64,000 bases of DNA, from positions 91,392 through 155,391 of the IMG/VR virus record IMGVR_UViG_3300031853_000003. One strand, 5' to 3'. Below are positions 9,315 through 18,284 of the stretch, piece after piece (position 1 is the first letter of the stretch; each line of letters opens with the position of its first letter). Position numbers and translations under genes: made by a program. The notes under the pieces are model-generated. The model worked only from the letters and a program-made list of their open reading frames with translations, searched no databases and was not told the DNA's origin. The DNA comes from a virus (Duplodnaviria > Caudoviricetes).

Positions 9315-9399
9315 GCGGGTATGGCGGAACAGGCAGACGCCCCAGATTTAGGTTCTGGTATCTCTTGATGTGCAGGTTCAAGTCCTGTTACCCGCACCA
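9315..9399 (+). tRNA. tRNA-Leu(TAG)
   Basis: Type II cloverleaf, CCAGA-TTTAGGT-TCTGG, CCA. Confidence 0.93.
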
Positions 9400-9403
9400 A
9401 CAT

Positions 9404-9478
9404 GGCCAGGTAGTCAAGTGGTTAAGACACTACCCTTTCACGGTGGTAACCGGAGTTCGAATCTCCGTCTGGTCACCA
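9404..9478 (+). tRNA. tRNA-Glu(TTC)
   Basis: Cloverleaf, anticodon loop CTTTCAC, CCA. Confidence 0.93.
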
Positions 9479-9510
9479 ACATCTGCTTACTAAACTTTAG
9501 GAGGTTCAAT

Positions 9511-9855
9511 ATGGCTATTCATAGTTATTTCTTCAAGTATGACTTAAATTCAAAATCATTTAAGTTTTGTGCCGAAGCACACGGCGTTGAGGATGTGGAA
9601 GCCGTTAGGTTAGAGCAGAATCCTAAAGAAATGTATGTAGAATGGAGTTTCGATACTCCTCAAGATGATATAGATGATATCACGAGAAAGGTTAACTACA
9701 GGTATCAAGATAATAACTATTTCCGTTGCAAAGATTGCGGAGAGATAGTATATCTTACACCAGATGAAGAATGGTGGTTTAAGTCTAGGGGATTCAATAT
9801 TCCTAAGAGATGCTATGTCTGCAGAAAACATCGCAAAGGAGAAAACACAAATTAA
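9511..9855 (+). CDS. Protein with C-terminal zf-trcl-type zinc ribbon
   Basis: CKDCGE..LT..E..WF..RGF..PKRC..CR; AGGAGG RBS. Confidence 0.75.
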   Translation: MAIHSYFFKYDLNSKSFKFCAEAHGVEDVEAVRLEQNPKEMYVEWSFDTPQDDIDDITRKVNYRYQDNNYFRCKDCGEIVYLTPDEEWWFKSRGFNIPKRCYVCRKHRKGENTN

Positions 9856-9874
9856 AATCATTAGGAGGTCAAAT

Positions 9875-10411
9875 ATGGGCTGGATCAAGGCCATTTCGTC
9901 AAAACATCTCAATGATAAGATTCACTGCTATCATGGTACCTGGAATCCAGAAATGGATCGCTGTTGGATCCGAGAAGAGGACGGTCTCTGTGTGCAGTCT
10001 CGTCTTATCCGAGTACCAGAAGCGTTCGGCGGAAAAGTCGAACACGTTACAATCACTAAGAAAGGAATCTCAACAGACGGTTCCGGCGGCCTTACTTGGG
10101 CTGAGAAACAGCAGATCAAAGATGAGCTCTTCGGTGAGAACCGAACTGCTGTAGAGGTCTTTCCGAAACAGAAGATGCTTGTCGACGTTTGCGATGTATA
10201 TCATCTGTGGGTGTTCGACAAGAAGTTCGAGCTTCCGTTCGGAATTCATCCGAAGCAGTATACAAAAGCTATCAACAGAGGTTACAACATCACTCCCGAT
10301 GAGATGTGTACCCTCCAGGCCTACTACAAGAAGCGAGATGAGCTGGCCGCTGCTGCTAAGGCTGCTGCGCTTTCAGAGACAGCAGAGGTAACTGATGAAG
10401 CAGAAACATAA
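9875..10411 (+). CDS. Conserved phage protein (W.E.Q.IKDE.FG...AVE.FP...HLW family)
   Basis: Motif TWAEKQQIKDELFGENRTAVEVFP..VD..DVYHLW; AGGAGG RBS. Confidence 0.65.
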   Translation: MGWIKAISSKHLNDKIHCYHGTWNPEMDRCWIREEDGLCVQSRLIRVPEAFGGKVEHVTITKKGISTDGSGGLTWAEKQQIKDELFGENRTAVEVFPKQKMLVDVCDVYHLWVFDKKFELPFGIHPKQYTKAINRGYNITPDEMCTLQAYYKKRDELAAAAKAAALSETAEVTDEAET

Positions 10412-11090
10412 ATTCTCTACAGAGCTATCTTACGTCATCGGCCTCATTCTCATAGCTATCGGCACAGGTACTGTTACACGTTCTAATCTCGGTATTGGAA
10501 TTGTTGTAGCTCCGGCATACATCTTTCATAGATGGTTGTCTACTATCAATCCATTCTTCTCGTTCGGTGTGTGCCAATACCTGTTTCAAGCTCTGCTACT
10601 TCTCCTGATATGTACGATACGACGCAGATTTCGACTTACATATCTGTTTGCATTCATATCTGCGGTGATAGAAGGCTATCTTCTAGATGCTGTTATGTAT
10701 GTTGTACCTGAATGTAGTTCTCACATCGTCATACAACTTCTGATGTTTGCAGCAGGACAAGTAGTATGCTCCCTTGGAATAGCTTTCATGTTGAAAACAT
10801 ACATAACACCTGAAGTGTATGAAGTAGCTGTGAATGAATTTACAGAACAATTCTGTTGGGCAACTACCTCGTACACAATCAGTGTAGTGAAGACTATTTA
10901 TGATTGCGCAAGCGGCGTGATTGCAATAGGGCTTTCGTTCCTGATCTTTCATGAACTGATTGGTGTAGGTATTGGTACAATACTCAGTGCTATCGTCAGC
11001 GGATGGCTGATTGGTATGTTCACTAAGTTAGCAGACAGTCATCTTGAATTCACTGACACATTCAAACTACGCAAGCTCTTTGAGAAATAG
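10395..11090 (+). CDS. YczE/YitT-like polytopic membrane protein
   Basis: About 6 hydrophobic segments; SNLG and IGVGIGTILSA motifs. Confidence 0.75.
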   Translation: MKQKHKFSTELSYVIGLILIAIGTGTVTRSNLGIGIVVAPAYIFHRWLSTINPFFSFGVCQYLFQALLLLLICTIRRRFRLTYLFAFISAVIEGYLLDAVMYVVPECSSHIVIQLLMFAAGQVVCSLGIAFMLKTYITPEVYEVAVNEFTEQFCWATTSYTISVVKTIYDCASGVIAIGLSFLIFHELIGVGIGTILSAIVSGWLIGMFTKLADSHLEFTDTFKLRKLFEK

Positions 11091-11140
11091 CGTACTACAA
11101 AACCTTTATTGATATGGTGACACTCAATGGAGGTGATACA

Positions 11141-11299
11141 ATGAAAAAGTATACTAGTCCTTCGTTAAATGTGGTGCAGATACATCTGACGAAGGACATT
11201 TTATCTGGCAGCGTCGAAGAATTCAACTCTTACATAGACGGTCCAGGCGATTGGGGAGATGATCCAATCATTGACCCTGATGACGATATAATCTGGTAA
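11141..11299 (+). CDS. 52-aa peptide with YxxPxL leader-like N-terminus and acidic tail
   Basis: MKKYTSPSLNVVQIHLTKDILSGS...; GGAGGTG RBS. Confidence 0.7.
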   Translation: MKKYTSPSLNVVQIHLTKDILSGSVEEFNSYIDGPGDWGDDPIIDPDDDIIW

Positions 11300-11320
11300 T
11301 TCGTTAAACACAGTAGATTC

Positions 11321-11396
11321 CGGGGTGTAGCGCAGCCGGAAGCGCGCCTGGTTTGGGACCAGGATGTCGGGGGTTCAAATCCCTTCACTCCGACCA
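11321..11396 (+). tRNA. tRNA-Pro(TGG)
   Basis: CGGGGTG acceptor, CCTGG-TTTGGGA-CCAGG, CCA. Confidence 0.93.
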
Positions 11397-11399
11397 TAT

Positions 11400-11880
11400 A
11401 CTGACGCAGTTCTGTTTCTGTCTGCGTTACAGTCGAGCCTACCAATGGTGAAATGATATATCCGTGTAGGACAGGGCTGGCCTATCTCAACTAGGTGTGT
11501 ACAATAGTTAATAAGAAGAGTATTGCGAGAACCTTATCGCACCTGATGACGACGAAAGTATGTTGAGTAAACTAAGTGGACATCGGGAGTGCAAGCAAGT
11601 CCGAGGGGAGAAACACCATCTAACATATGAAGCTAGTAGCTGTAACTTCTGGCCAGGACGTTTCAGATGAAGTATTTCAACTTCCGTTTGAGATCCTTCA
11701 GCGGCTGTCTAGTAGCGAGAGTGGTAGCATTGCTGCAAGATTCATGAATCACTGAGTGAACGACTTCCGATGCTAGTTATTCATACCGGTATTCGATGTT
11801 AGATGACGAGGGACGTTAATTGGATACGCAAAGGAGCTGGAGTAACACCTCTGCCAGCTGTGTAGGACGAACTTGTATCT
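11400..11880 (+). ncRNA. Large structured RNA, probably ROOL-family
   Basis: ~480 nt without a credible ORF directly after tRNA-Pro; long-range helix CATCTAACAT(11617)/ATGTTAGATG(11796); blocks TAATAAGA..GCGAGAACCTTATCGC, GAGTAAACTAA and GTTAATT recall ROOL RNAs (from memory). Confidence 0.6.
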
Positions 11881-11893
11881 TAGGAGGTAACAC

Positions 11894-12151
11894 ATGTACA
11901 AAGTAAGATGTATAAGACCTGGATATTGCGGATACTCATCTAGGACGTATTTCAGAACATTCAATACATTGTCACAGGTAGCTGCCTTCATAGAAGATTT
12001 CACCAATCCTGTTTACAAGATAGAGAATCTTACAGCTAAAGAAAGAAGCATCTTATGGATGAAATGTCTTTCAATTGAGAAGAAAGAGAATCCATCGCTT
12101 CGTAACATTTGGCAAACAAAAGCAGCCGATAGATATAGACGCTGTGTTTGA
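11894..12151 (+). CDS. Hypothetical protein
   Basis: AGGAGG RBS. Confidence 0.65.
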   Translation: MYKVRCIRPGYCGYSSRTYFRTFNTLSQVAAFIEDFTNPVYKIENLTAKERSILWMKCLSIEKKENPSLRNIWQTKAADRYRRCV

Positions 12152-12156
12152 TACAT

Positions 12157-12228
12157 ACTACTATAGCTCAGTTGGTAGAGCAGCCCTCGGGAGGAGGGAA
12201 GACACTTGTTTGATCCAAGTTGGTAGTT
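12157..12228 (+). ncRNA. Degenerate tRNA / tRNA-like element
   Basis: Acceptor ACTACTA/TGGTAGT, canonical D arm TAGCTCAGTTGGTAGAGC, T arm ACTTG-TTTGATC-CAAGT; purine-only anticodon loop, no CCA. Confidence 0.7.
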
Positions 12229-12626
12229 GTCGGTCACGCACTTGGCCTACTGTCAGATGACAGACTCTCTGGAGATGTGCCAGTTGGTTTTGAAGTCCTG
12301 CCTGTAATAGCGATAGAGGGTACCAGCCTAGGAAAGACCCAACCTACAGGGAACATATCTTACTGGGAGATATGTAAACACACAATTTCATACCTAGTGC
12401 GATAATACAGTCGGCCTCATAGCTTGAGATACTTGTCCGCACGTGCACGCGGATATGGCCGCCGTATCCAGTAGTTATCGTTAAATGGAGTTAGACGAAC
12501 AGCTAGGCACACTTCCTTTAGCCCACCACACCTTATCTGATATTTTTCCCAACCCCACAGATGACCTCTTAATCAGGTGATTCGTTATTTATCACATAAC
12601 AAACACCTTATTAGGAGGTCATTTGT

Positions 12627-14654
12627 ATGTCACTCAAATCAGAACTCGAAAGAAAGATCCGTGAATCTTCGCAGAAGTATTACACAGATGGAACATCCGA
12701 TATGACTGATGCTGAATTTGATTCAGCGTTGGCGGAACTTAAGGAGATAGACCCTAAGAACTCGCTTGTGAATTCCGTAGGTCATGGATACTCCGTAAAT
12801 CAGGACACAACATACGGGCAGAAGAAGAAACACAAGTACGGAGTCGCTGGATCACTTCCAAAGTGTCATAACTGGAAAGAGATCAGCGGATTACTCAAAG
12901 AATCACTTGAGAAAGCTGAAGCAGCTGACTGGCTCAACGATATAACCGCTAGGATGAAGAATTCGCTGACGCTTTCGCTCAAACTCGACGGCCTCAGCTG
13001 CGTGTTATATTACAAGAAAGGCAAACTTGTTGAAGCTCTTACACGAGGAGACGGTACTACTGGTGTTGTCATTACAGATAAGGTCAAGATGTGCTTGTCC
13101 GATGTAAGCAAAGATTTCACACTCAACAAACACCTTGAAACACCTTGCACGTTTACAGGAGCAATTCGCGGTGAGATCATTATGCCGCTGGAAACATATG
13201 AAGAGTACAAAGAGGAGAACTCCGAAGCGAAGAATGCTCGCAATGTTGCAGCAGGCCTCATCAATGCCAAGACAATTTCTCCTTGGGTCAGCAGACTTGC
13301 ACTCATTCCGTACAATGTCGTAGGATATGAAAAGAGCGAAGACATCTATGACGGCGTCGCTTATGACTTCCATTACATTGAAGATCACTTCTCGTTCATT
13401 TCAAACTTCTTCTCTTATCCATATCAGACTCCTCACCAGGCTGTCTTTTCACTTCCAAAAACTGATGAAGGCCTCATTGACGCGTTGTCGAAGCTGTTCG
13501 ATAGTGCAAAAGAATTCATCAAGTCCGATGGTATCGTCATCAACCATCCTTGTTGCACAATTGACGAGAACGGATATGTTCAGCCTGTTGATGCACAGGC
13601 GTTCAAGTTCAAGTCATCTACAGCAAACGCAACAGTAGAGGATGTAGAATGGAGTCTTACAAAGACCCGATACCTGATGCCGAGAGTAAGGATCACACCT
13701 GTCGAGCTTGAAGATACAATCGTACAGTATTGCACTGGTTACAACGCACAGTATATTCGGGATAACAAGATAGGACCTGGAGCCATTGTAGAGGTGGAAA
13801 AACGTGGCGATATCGTGCCGAACATCAACAAGGTATTGCAGCCTGGTGTGACCTATATCCCTTCAAATTGCCCCGATTGCGGCCAGAAACTCGTATGGAA
13901 TGGCGTCCATCTGCAATGTGTCAACGAGGACTGCAGTAATGCTGCAATTCAAGATCTCAACATTTGGATTGAGAATATCGCACCTGTAGAAGGTTTCAAA
14001 GAGAAACTTCGTGTAAAGATGTTATCTGATATCTTTGGAGAGCGCCTAACTATTGAAGATGTTATGTCCGCCAAAGACATGACCATACAGTTTGGACGAA
14101 GTGGTCACAAGAAACTCCTTTCAGATATGTTCTATCAGCTCTATCATAGAAAAGACATTCCGCTCTCATCTGCATTGAAAGCCCTTAACATTCCACGACT
14201 TGGAGATAAGACTGCAGATAAGTTTGCGCAGTATCCTGTTATCATTCACGATATACTGAGTAATCTCAGAGTAGGTGTGGGACAACCTACCATTGATAGA
14301 CTAAAAGAATATACAGAGATTGCAATCGGTAAAGCGAATGCTGATTCTATCTTCAATAATCTCGATAAATTTAGACGAATGATGCTGATAGAAGATCGAA
14401 TTCAGTGGGATGTGATCTCTCAAGACAAAGCAGAGAGCAGAGGTAAAGTTGCTATCACAGGTAAGCTATCTGTAAAGAGGTCAGATTTCGAGAAGGAACT
14501 CAAAGCTGCTGGATTCACTGTAAGCGATATCAGCAAATCAACGGATTTTCTCATTACAGATGATCCGACATCTGCTTCTAGTAAAAATAAGAAAGCAGAC
14601 CAGTGGGGAATCGTTAAGATTACTGAAGCCGAATTCAGAAAGAAGTATCTGTAA
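12627..14654 (+). CDS. ligA: NAD-dependent DNA ligase
   Basis: YY..SD.TDAEFD, KLDG, TRGDG, RGE, RN.AAG, C4 Zn finger, HhH, C-terminal BRCT. Confidence 0.95.
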   Translation: MSLKSELERKIRESSQKYYTDGTSDMTDAEFDSALAELKEIDPKNSLVNSVGHGYSVNQDTTYGQKKKHKYGVAGSLPKCHNWKEISGLLKESLEKAEAADWLNDITARMKNSLTLSLKLDGLSCVLYYKKGKLVEALTRGDGTTGVVITDKVKMCLSDVSKDFTLNKHLETPCTFTGAIRGEIIMPLETYEEYKEENSEAKNARNVAAGLINAKTISPWVSRLALIPYNVVGYEKSEDIYDGVAYDFHYIEDHFSFISNFFSYPYQTPHQAVFSLPKTDEGLIDALSKLFDSAKEFIKSDGIVINHPCCTIDENGYVQPVDAQAFKFKSSTANATVEDVEWSLTKTRYLMPRVRITPVELEDTIVQYCTGYNAQYIRDNKIGPGAIVEVEKRGDIVPNINKVLQPGVTYIPSNCPDCGQKLVWNGVHLQCVNEDCSNAAIQDLNIWIENIAPVEGFKEKLRVKMLSDIFGERLTIEDVMSAKDMTIQFGRSGHKKLLSDMFYQLYHRKDIPLSSALKALNIPRLGDKTADKFAQYPVIIHDILSNLRVGVGQPTIDRLKEYTEIAIGKANADSIFNNLDKFRRMMLIEDRIQWDVISQDKAESRGKVAITGKLSVKRSDFEKELKAAGFTVSDISKSTDFLITDDPTSASSKNKKADQWGIVKITEAEFRKKYL

Positions 14655-15049
14655 TGAAGTACAACGCACTATCGCCTATTTTCAAGATCCGGTTTGAAGC
14701 TGCTAAGGAGCTGTATAGGCTGTGGTCAGACTCAAACATGACATTGACGGAGATAGCGAGAGCATTTCAAGTATCTGATACCACTGTAACAAACCGTGTA
14801 AAGTGGTATCGGAAGCTGACTGAATCCGAGTCAGAGTATCTTGATAGATCTGACCATATATTCAACCTAGATACAACTTGCAGGAACATGGAAACCCTGC
14901 TGAAGCACAACATACATTCCATAGAAACAATTCGTAACTATTCTACCACAACGCTGATGACCATATTCAGCCTGCCAACTCTTCAAGCTGAGTGGTTACG
15001 AAACGCTGTTACAAGGTGGGAGAAATCTCAGAAAGGTAAGAAATCATGA
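14654..15049 (+). CDS. HTH protein fused to RNA polymerase alpha-CTD-like domain
   Basis: MTLTEIARAFQVSDTTV HTH; IFNLDTTCRNMETLLKHNIHSIE resembles the alpha-CTD pattern IEELDLSVRSYNCLKRAGI. Confidence 0.55.
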   Translation: MKYNALSPIFKIRFEAAKELYRLWSDSNMTLTEIARAFQVSDTTVTNRVKWYRKLTESESEYLDRSDHIFNLDTTCRNMETLLKHNIHSIETIRNYSTTTLMTIFSLPTLQAEWLRNAVTRWEKSQKGKKS

Positions 15050-15789
15050 AACGTACTCCGTTCTTAGTATGCACAGTCATGATGAGACGTGACGAGGAAC
15101 AGACCATCCACGCTCGATGGGATACAGTCATGGCCATCGATGGGTCATTAGCGAAGCAACAACTTCTAACCGGCATCAGCTACGAGCTGAGAGATTGCGC
15201 TGCTGTTAGTCAGTATGCAATACCTCTTGCATCTGGGCCATCTCATTATCCACTCTCAATTAGTCATGCGGAGTTCTTCTCATCTCCGTATGGTATGAAA
15301 TGTAAGATGGTTTATGAATTCATGGTATGGGCTCTCAACAGCTTAGGATTCAAATTCGCGGATACGCCTGGTGAAAAGTACCAGATTGCTATCAACCTTC
15401 TTGCAAAGTACTATAATCTGACAGAGTCTGATGTCACATCTATGATGAGTGATTACTTATCGCTCGTTACCAGTATGTGCAGGTTGGAGCTGAAATCGAG
15501 ATATGCGATAACCTTCAACACAGCAGAAGAAGCTAGAAGAGCTAGATCGTCTGATTCTTATGACATCCACAAGACGATCGCAGTAGTACCATTTGAAGCA
15601 GAAGACTTCCGTACACTTGTGAACAATGATGTTCCTTCAGTTCAACAGCTTCTCAATATCCGAGACGAATATCATCTCAGGAAACTCCTTCAGCACATAG
15701 ATGATTCACAAGTGGATCGCATTTGGGACACTGTCAAATTCTGTGTTCTAATACCTAAAGACCTGAGAGGTATCATCTTCGATGACTAA
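15046..15789 (+). CDS. Hypothetical protein
   Basis: 247-aa ORF with ATGA coupling. Confidence 0.65.
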   Translation: MKRTPFLVCTVMMRRDEEQTIHARWDTVMAIDGSLAKQQLLTGISYELRDCAAVSQYAIPLASGPSHYPLSISHAEFFSSPYGMKCKMVYEFMVWALNSLGFKFADTPGEKYQIAINLLAKYYNLTESDVTSMMSDYLSLVTSMCRLELKSRYAITFNTAEEARRARSSDSYDIHKTIAVVPFEAEDFRTLVNNDVPSVQQLLNIRDEYHLRKLLQHIDDSQVDRIWDTVKFCVLIPKDLRGIIFDD

Positions 15790-15905
15790 CAAGACTGTAA
15801 AACATCCCTGTATCGGCTGCATATATTTCAAGACGTGCGGGAGCACAGGTCGTACAGTACCGTGTGAAGGAAGGACACTCAAATCTGATATCCGAGGTGA
15901 TAAAC

Positions 15906-16163
15906 ATGCGAGTACAGATTCACAAAAATAGTATTGTTGAGATCAAATCTGCGACTATAGAACGCGACAACGATTCTGGAGTAGATTACATCTTAGTTGA
16001 AAACTCCTCGGCAGTATACAGAATTCTTCCGTCTGTTCCCAGAGGATACATTCAGGACGTTGAACAATACAACAAGATCGTCAAGATGACATTCGACAAG
16101 TTACTTCGTCAAGGTTTCTTAGAGTGCGACGGACTTGATATAGTACTATGGGAGGAGAAATAA
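15906..16163 (+). CDS. Hypothetical protein
   Basis: GAGGTG RBS before ATG 15906. Confidence 0.55.
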   Translation: MRVQIHKNSIVEIKSATIERDNDSGVDYILVENSSAVYRILPSVPRGYIQDVEQYNKIVKMTFDKLLRQGFLECDGLDIVLWEEK

Positions 16164-16477
16164 CAGTGCGAATACTCTACATGCGAGAATCGTCTAGGAC
16201 AGGCTTGAAAGAGCTGCAAGTACGCGAATTCTCTCGTGCTGCAGCACATGTTGAGGGCAAAGAGAAATACATCGATTTCTGGGGAGGTCCGTCAGGCGGT
16301 TGTTTAAGATTCCGTCTATACGATGCATGCTGCCCAGACGTAATTCTCGAACACATTGCTGAATCAGGGTACACAGATATGACAATGTTCCCATATACAC
16401 GTATCTCAAGCCACAGCAATATCAGTCAGTATGATCAGCAAGTCGAGCAACCGCTTGATGAAGCTCTATCAGTATAA
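16148..16477 (+). CDS. Hypothetical protein
   Basis: ORF in operon; exact start uncertain. Confidence 0.5.
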   Translation: MGGEITVRILYMRESSRTGLKELQVREFSRAAAHVEGKEKYIDFWGGPSGGCLRFRLYDACCPDVILEHIAESGYTDMTMFPYTRISSHSNISQYDQQVEQPLDEALSV

Positions 16478-16496
16478 TACAAAGGAGTAGATTTCA

Positions 16497-17462
16497 ATGA
16501 GATTTATTGAACCGTCAGCTTCTGTTGTAGTAGAATCTAACCCTCTCAAGAAAATTGAGCGAGTAGGTCGAACCTGCTACAAGTCAGAATCCGCTATCAC
16601 AGAAGAAAGCGCCGAGAAGTTCGTCAACGGACTGGCCAGCAGAAAGCATTTCGCAATGCTTGAGCATGCAGTTATTCATTTCAAGTACGTTTCAAGCCCC
16701 GGTACCGCGATGTCTGTTGGACAGTTTATTCATGCGTTCGCCGATAGCAATGAATTCACAAAGTTTGATGAAGTTGCAAAATCCTGCGGCGACGGTGAAT
16801 GGGAGACTGTTCAATACCTGACGGTCAGCTTCTCCCACCTCTTCCGTCCTGACGTAGAGGATCCGATGATCCAAAAACAGCTCCGAGATATGGTGGACAC
16901 GTATCTCAAAGACGGAACAAACGTCTTTTCAGGAACCGAAGGCAAGTTCTATATCATCCCTGATGAAGATCTGAAGACGGAACTGCACGACTGGCCTAAC
17001 CTCTACGAAAAACATATGTTCTACACGTTCCATTTCGTCTGCGACCGAGGTGTATCTCATGAGCTGGTAAGGCACCGCTGCAGCTTCGGTCAAGAGTCAA
17101 CCCGCTACTGCAACTACGTCAAAGACAAATTCGGCAGCGAGCTATCTTTCATCTTGCCGTCTACCTTCAATGACTGGCCCGACACAATGAAAGAGCTGTT
17201 CTACAGAGAGCTAAACGTGATCGAGCAGGGCTACATCGACATGATCAAGGCCGGGTTACAGCCGCAGCAGGCTCGCGCAATCTTGCCGAATGCTCTCAAG
17301 ACAGAGGTCATGATGACTGCGCCTATCAAGCAATGGATCCATTTCACCAATCTTCGTAGCAAAGGTATAACAGGAGCTCCGCACCCTGATATGAAAGTCG
17401 TTGCTGACATGGTACTCAGCAAACTCGCTGAGCTCGAACCTGAGCATTTCACGGTTGACTGA
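16497..17462 (+). CDS. thyX: Flavin-dependent thymidylate synthase
   Basis: RGVSHELVRHR..SFGQESTRY ThyX motif; ARAILPN; AAGGAG RBS. Confidence 0.95.
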   Translation: MRFIEPSASVVVESNPLKKIERVGRTCYKSESAITEESAEKFVNGLASRKHFAMLEHAVIHFKYVSSPGTAMSVGQFIHAFADSNEFTKFDEVAKSCGDGEWETVQYLTVSFSHLFRPDVEDPMIQKQLRDMVDTYLKDGTNVFSGTEGKFYIIPDEDLKTELHDWPNLYEKHMFYTFHFVCDRGVSHELVRHRCSFGQESTRYCNYVKDKFGSELSFILPSTFNDWPDTMKELFYRELNVIEQGYIDMIKAGLQPQQARAILPNALKTEVMMTAPIKQWIHFTNLRSKGITGAPHPDMKVVADMVLSKLAELEPEHFTVD

Positions 17463-17479
17463 TAATATCATATGAATAC

Positions 17480-17516
17480 ATCACCGCCTGGACATTGCGC
17501 TGGGCGGTGATTTGTT
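17480..17516 (+). terminator. Rho-independent terminator
   Basis: ATCACCGCC..GGCGGTGAT hairpin plus T-rich tail. Confidence 0.8.
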
Positions 17517-17565
17517 GTTGAGAACCTTGTATATCAGTATCAAAATTGGAGGTGCAGATAAAGCT

Positions 17566-17799
17566 ATGTGTAACGCTTGCAAACTTCAAATTCCTGGAAC
17601 CTCTCAATACATCGAAGATGGATCAAGACTCAAACTTGGAAGGTTTGATACTGATAGATGGATTGCTCGACATGGATGGTACACCTGGGGAGGTAACCGA
17701 CCTGTATGTGGGTGGTACCTTACAGATCTAGACGGTGGCAACATCAAACCTCTACAGAAGACTGATCTTGATGACATCTATCTCGTAGAAAGGGGATAA
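17566..17799 (+). CDS. Small late protein, paralogous to the N-terminus of the next gene
   Basis: WIARHGWY..GWY here versus WISQHDWY..GWY in the next ORF. Confidence 0.65.
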   Translation: MCNACKLQIPGTSQYIEDGSRLKLGRFDTDRWIARHGWYTWGGNRPVCGWYLTDLDGGNIKPLQKTDLDDIYLVERG

Positions 17800-17802
17800 C
17801 TA

Positions 17803-18273
17803 ATGGCATCAACAGACAACTTCATCGCAACACAATTTCATCAGATGTTTTCTGGTGATATTGTAACCATAGATGGGTATGACGGAATAAAGTGGATCAG
17901 TCAACACGATTGGTACATCTACAACAATCAGCGACAGCTCGGATGGTACTTCATATCAATTCCAGAAGGAGTTATTCTGCCATTCAGCGAAGTATCGCTT
18001 GATAAGGTACATGTTATAACAGTCGATAGAATTCGACATTTCGACTACGGCGAAGAGAAGCCTGATCCATTTGTAGTATTTGATCAGACAATGCGATCTG
18101 CTTTTGTTACTGTAGATACGCTTGCTGACAGAGATGCAATCAAAGACCTTTATCCTATCCCGCACGGAAAGATGGTTAAGGTGAACGAAGTATCAAAGAT
18201 ATACTCCTACGATGAACCGACTTCAACTTGGGTAGAATGCTTACTTGTTGTACCCGTTAATTCTGAAACCTGA
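17803..18273 (+). CDS. Probable virion/tail-associated protein
   Basis: Shares the W..H.WY..GWY domain; C-terminal VDTLADRDAI..G..V.V...Y.Y...W tail-fibre-type module. Confidence 0.55.
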   Translation: MASTDNFIATQFHQMFSGDIVTIDGYDGIKWISQHDWYIYNNQRQLGWYFISIPEGVILPFSEVSLDKVHVITVDRIRHFDYGEEKPDPFVVFDQTMRSAFVTVDTLADRDAIKDLYPIPHGKMVKVNEVSKIYSYDEPTSTWVECLLVVPVNSET

Positions 18274-18284
18274 GGAGTGAAACA

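Noticed and set aside
11542-11558. CTGATGA..GAAA hammerhead-like core
   Set aside because: Only 4 nt (CGAC) between the motifs, so no stem II, and no convincing stems I/III; it lies inside the larger RNA.
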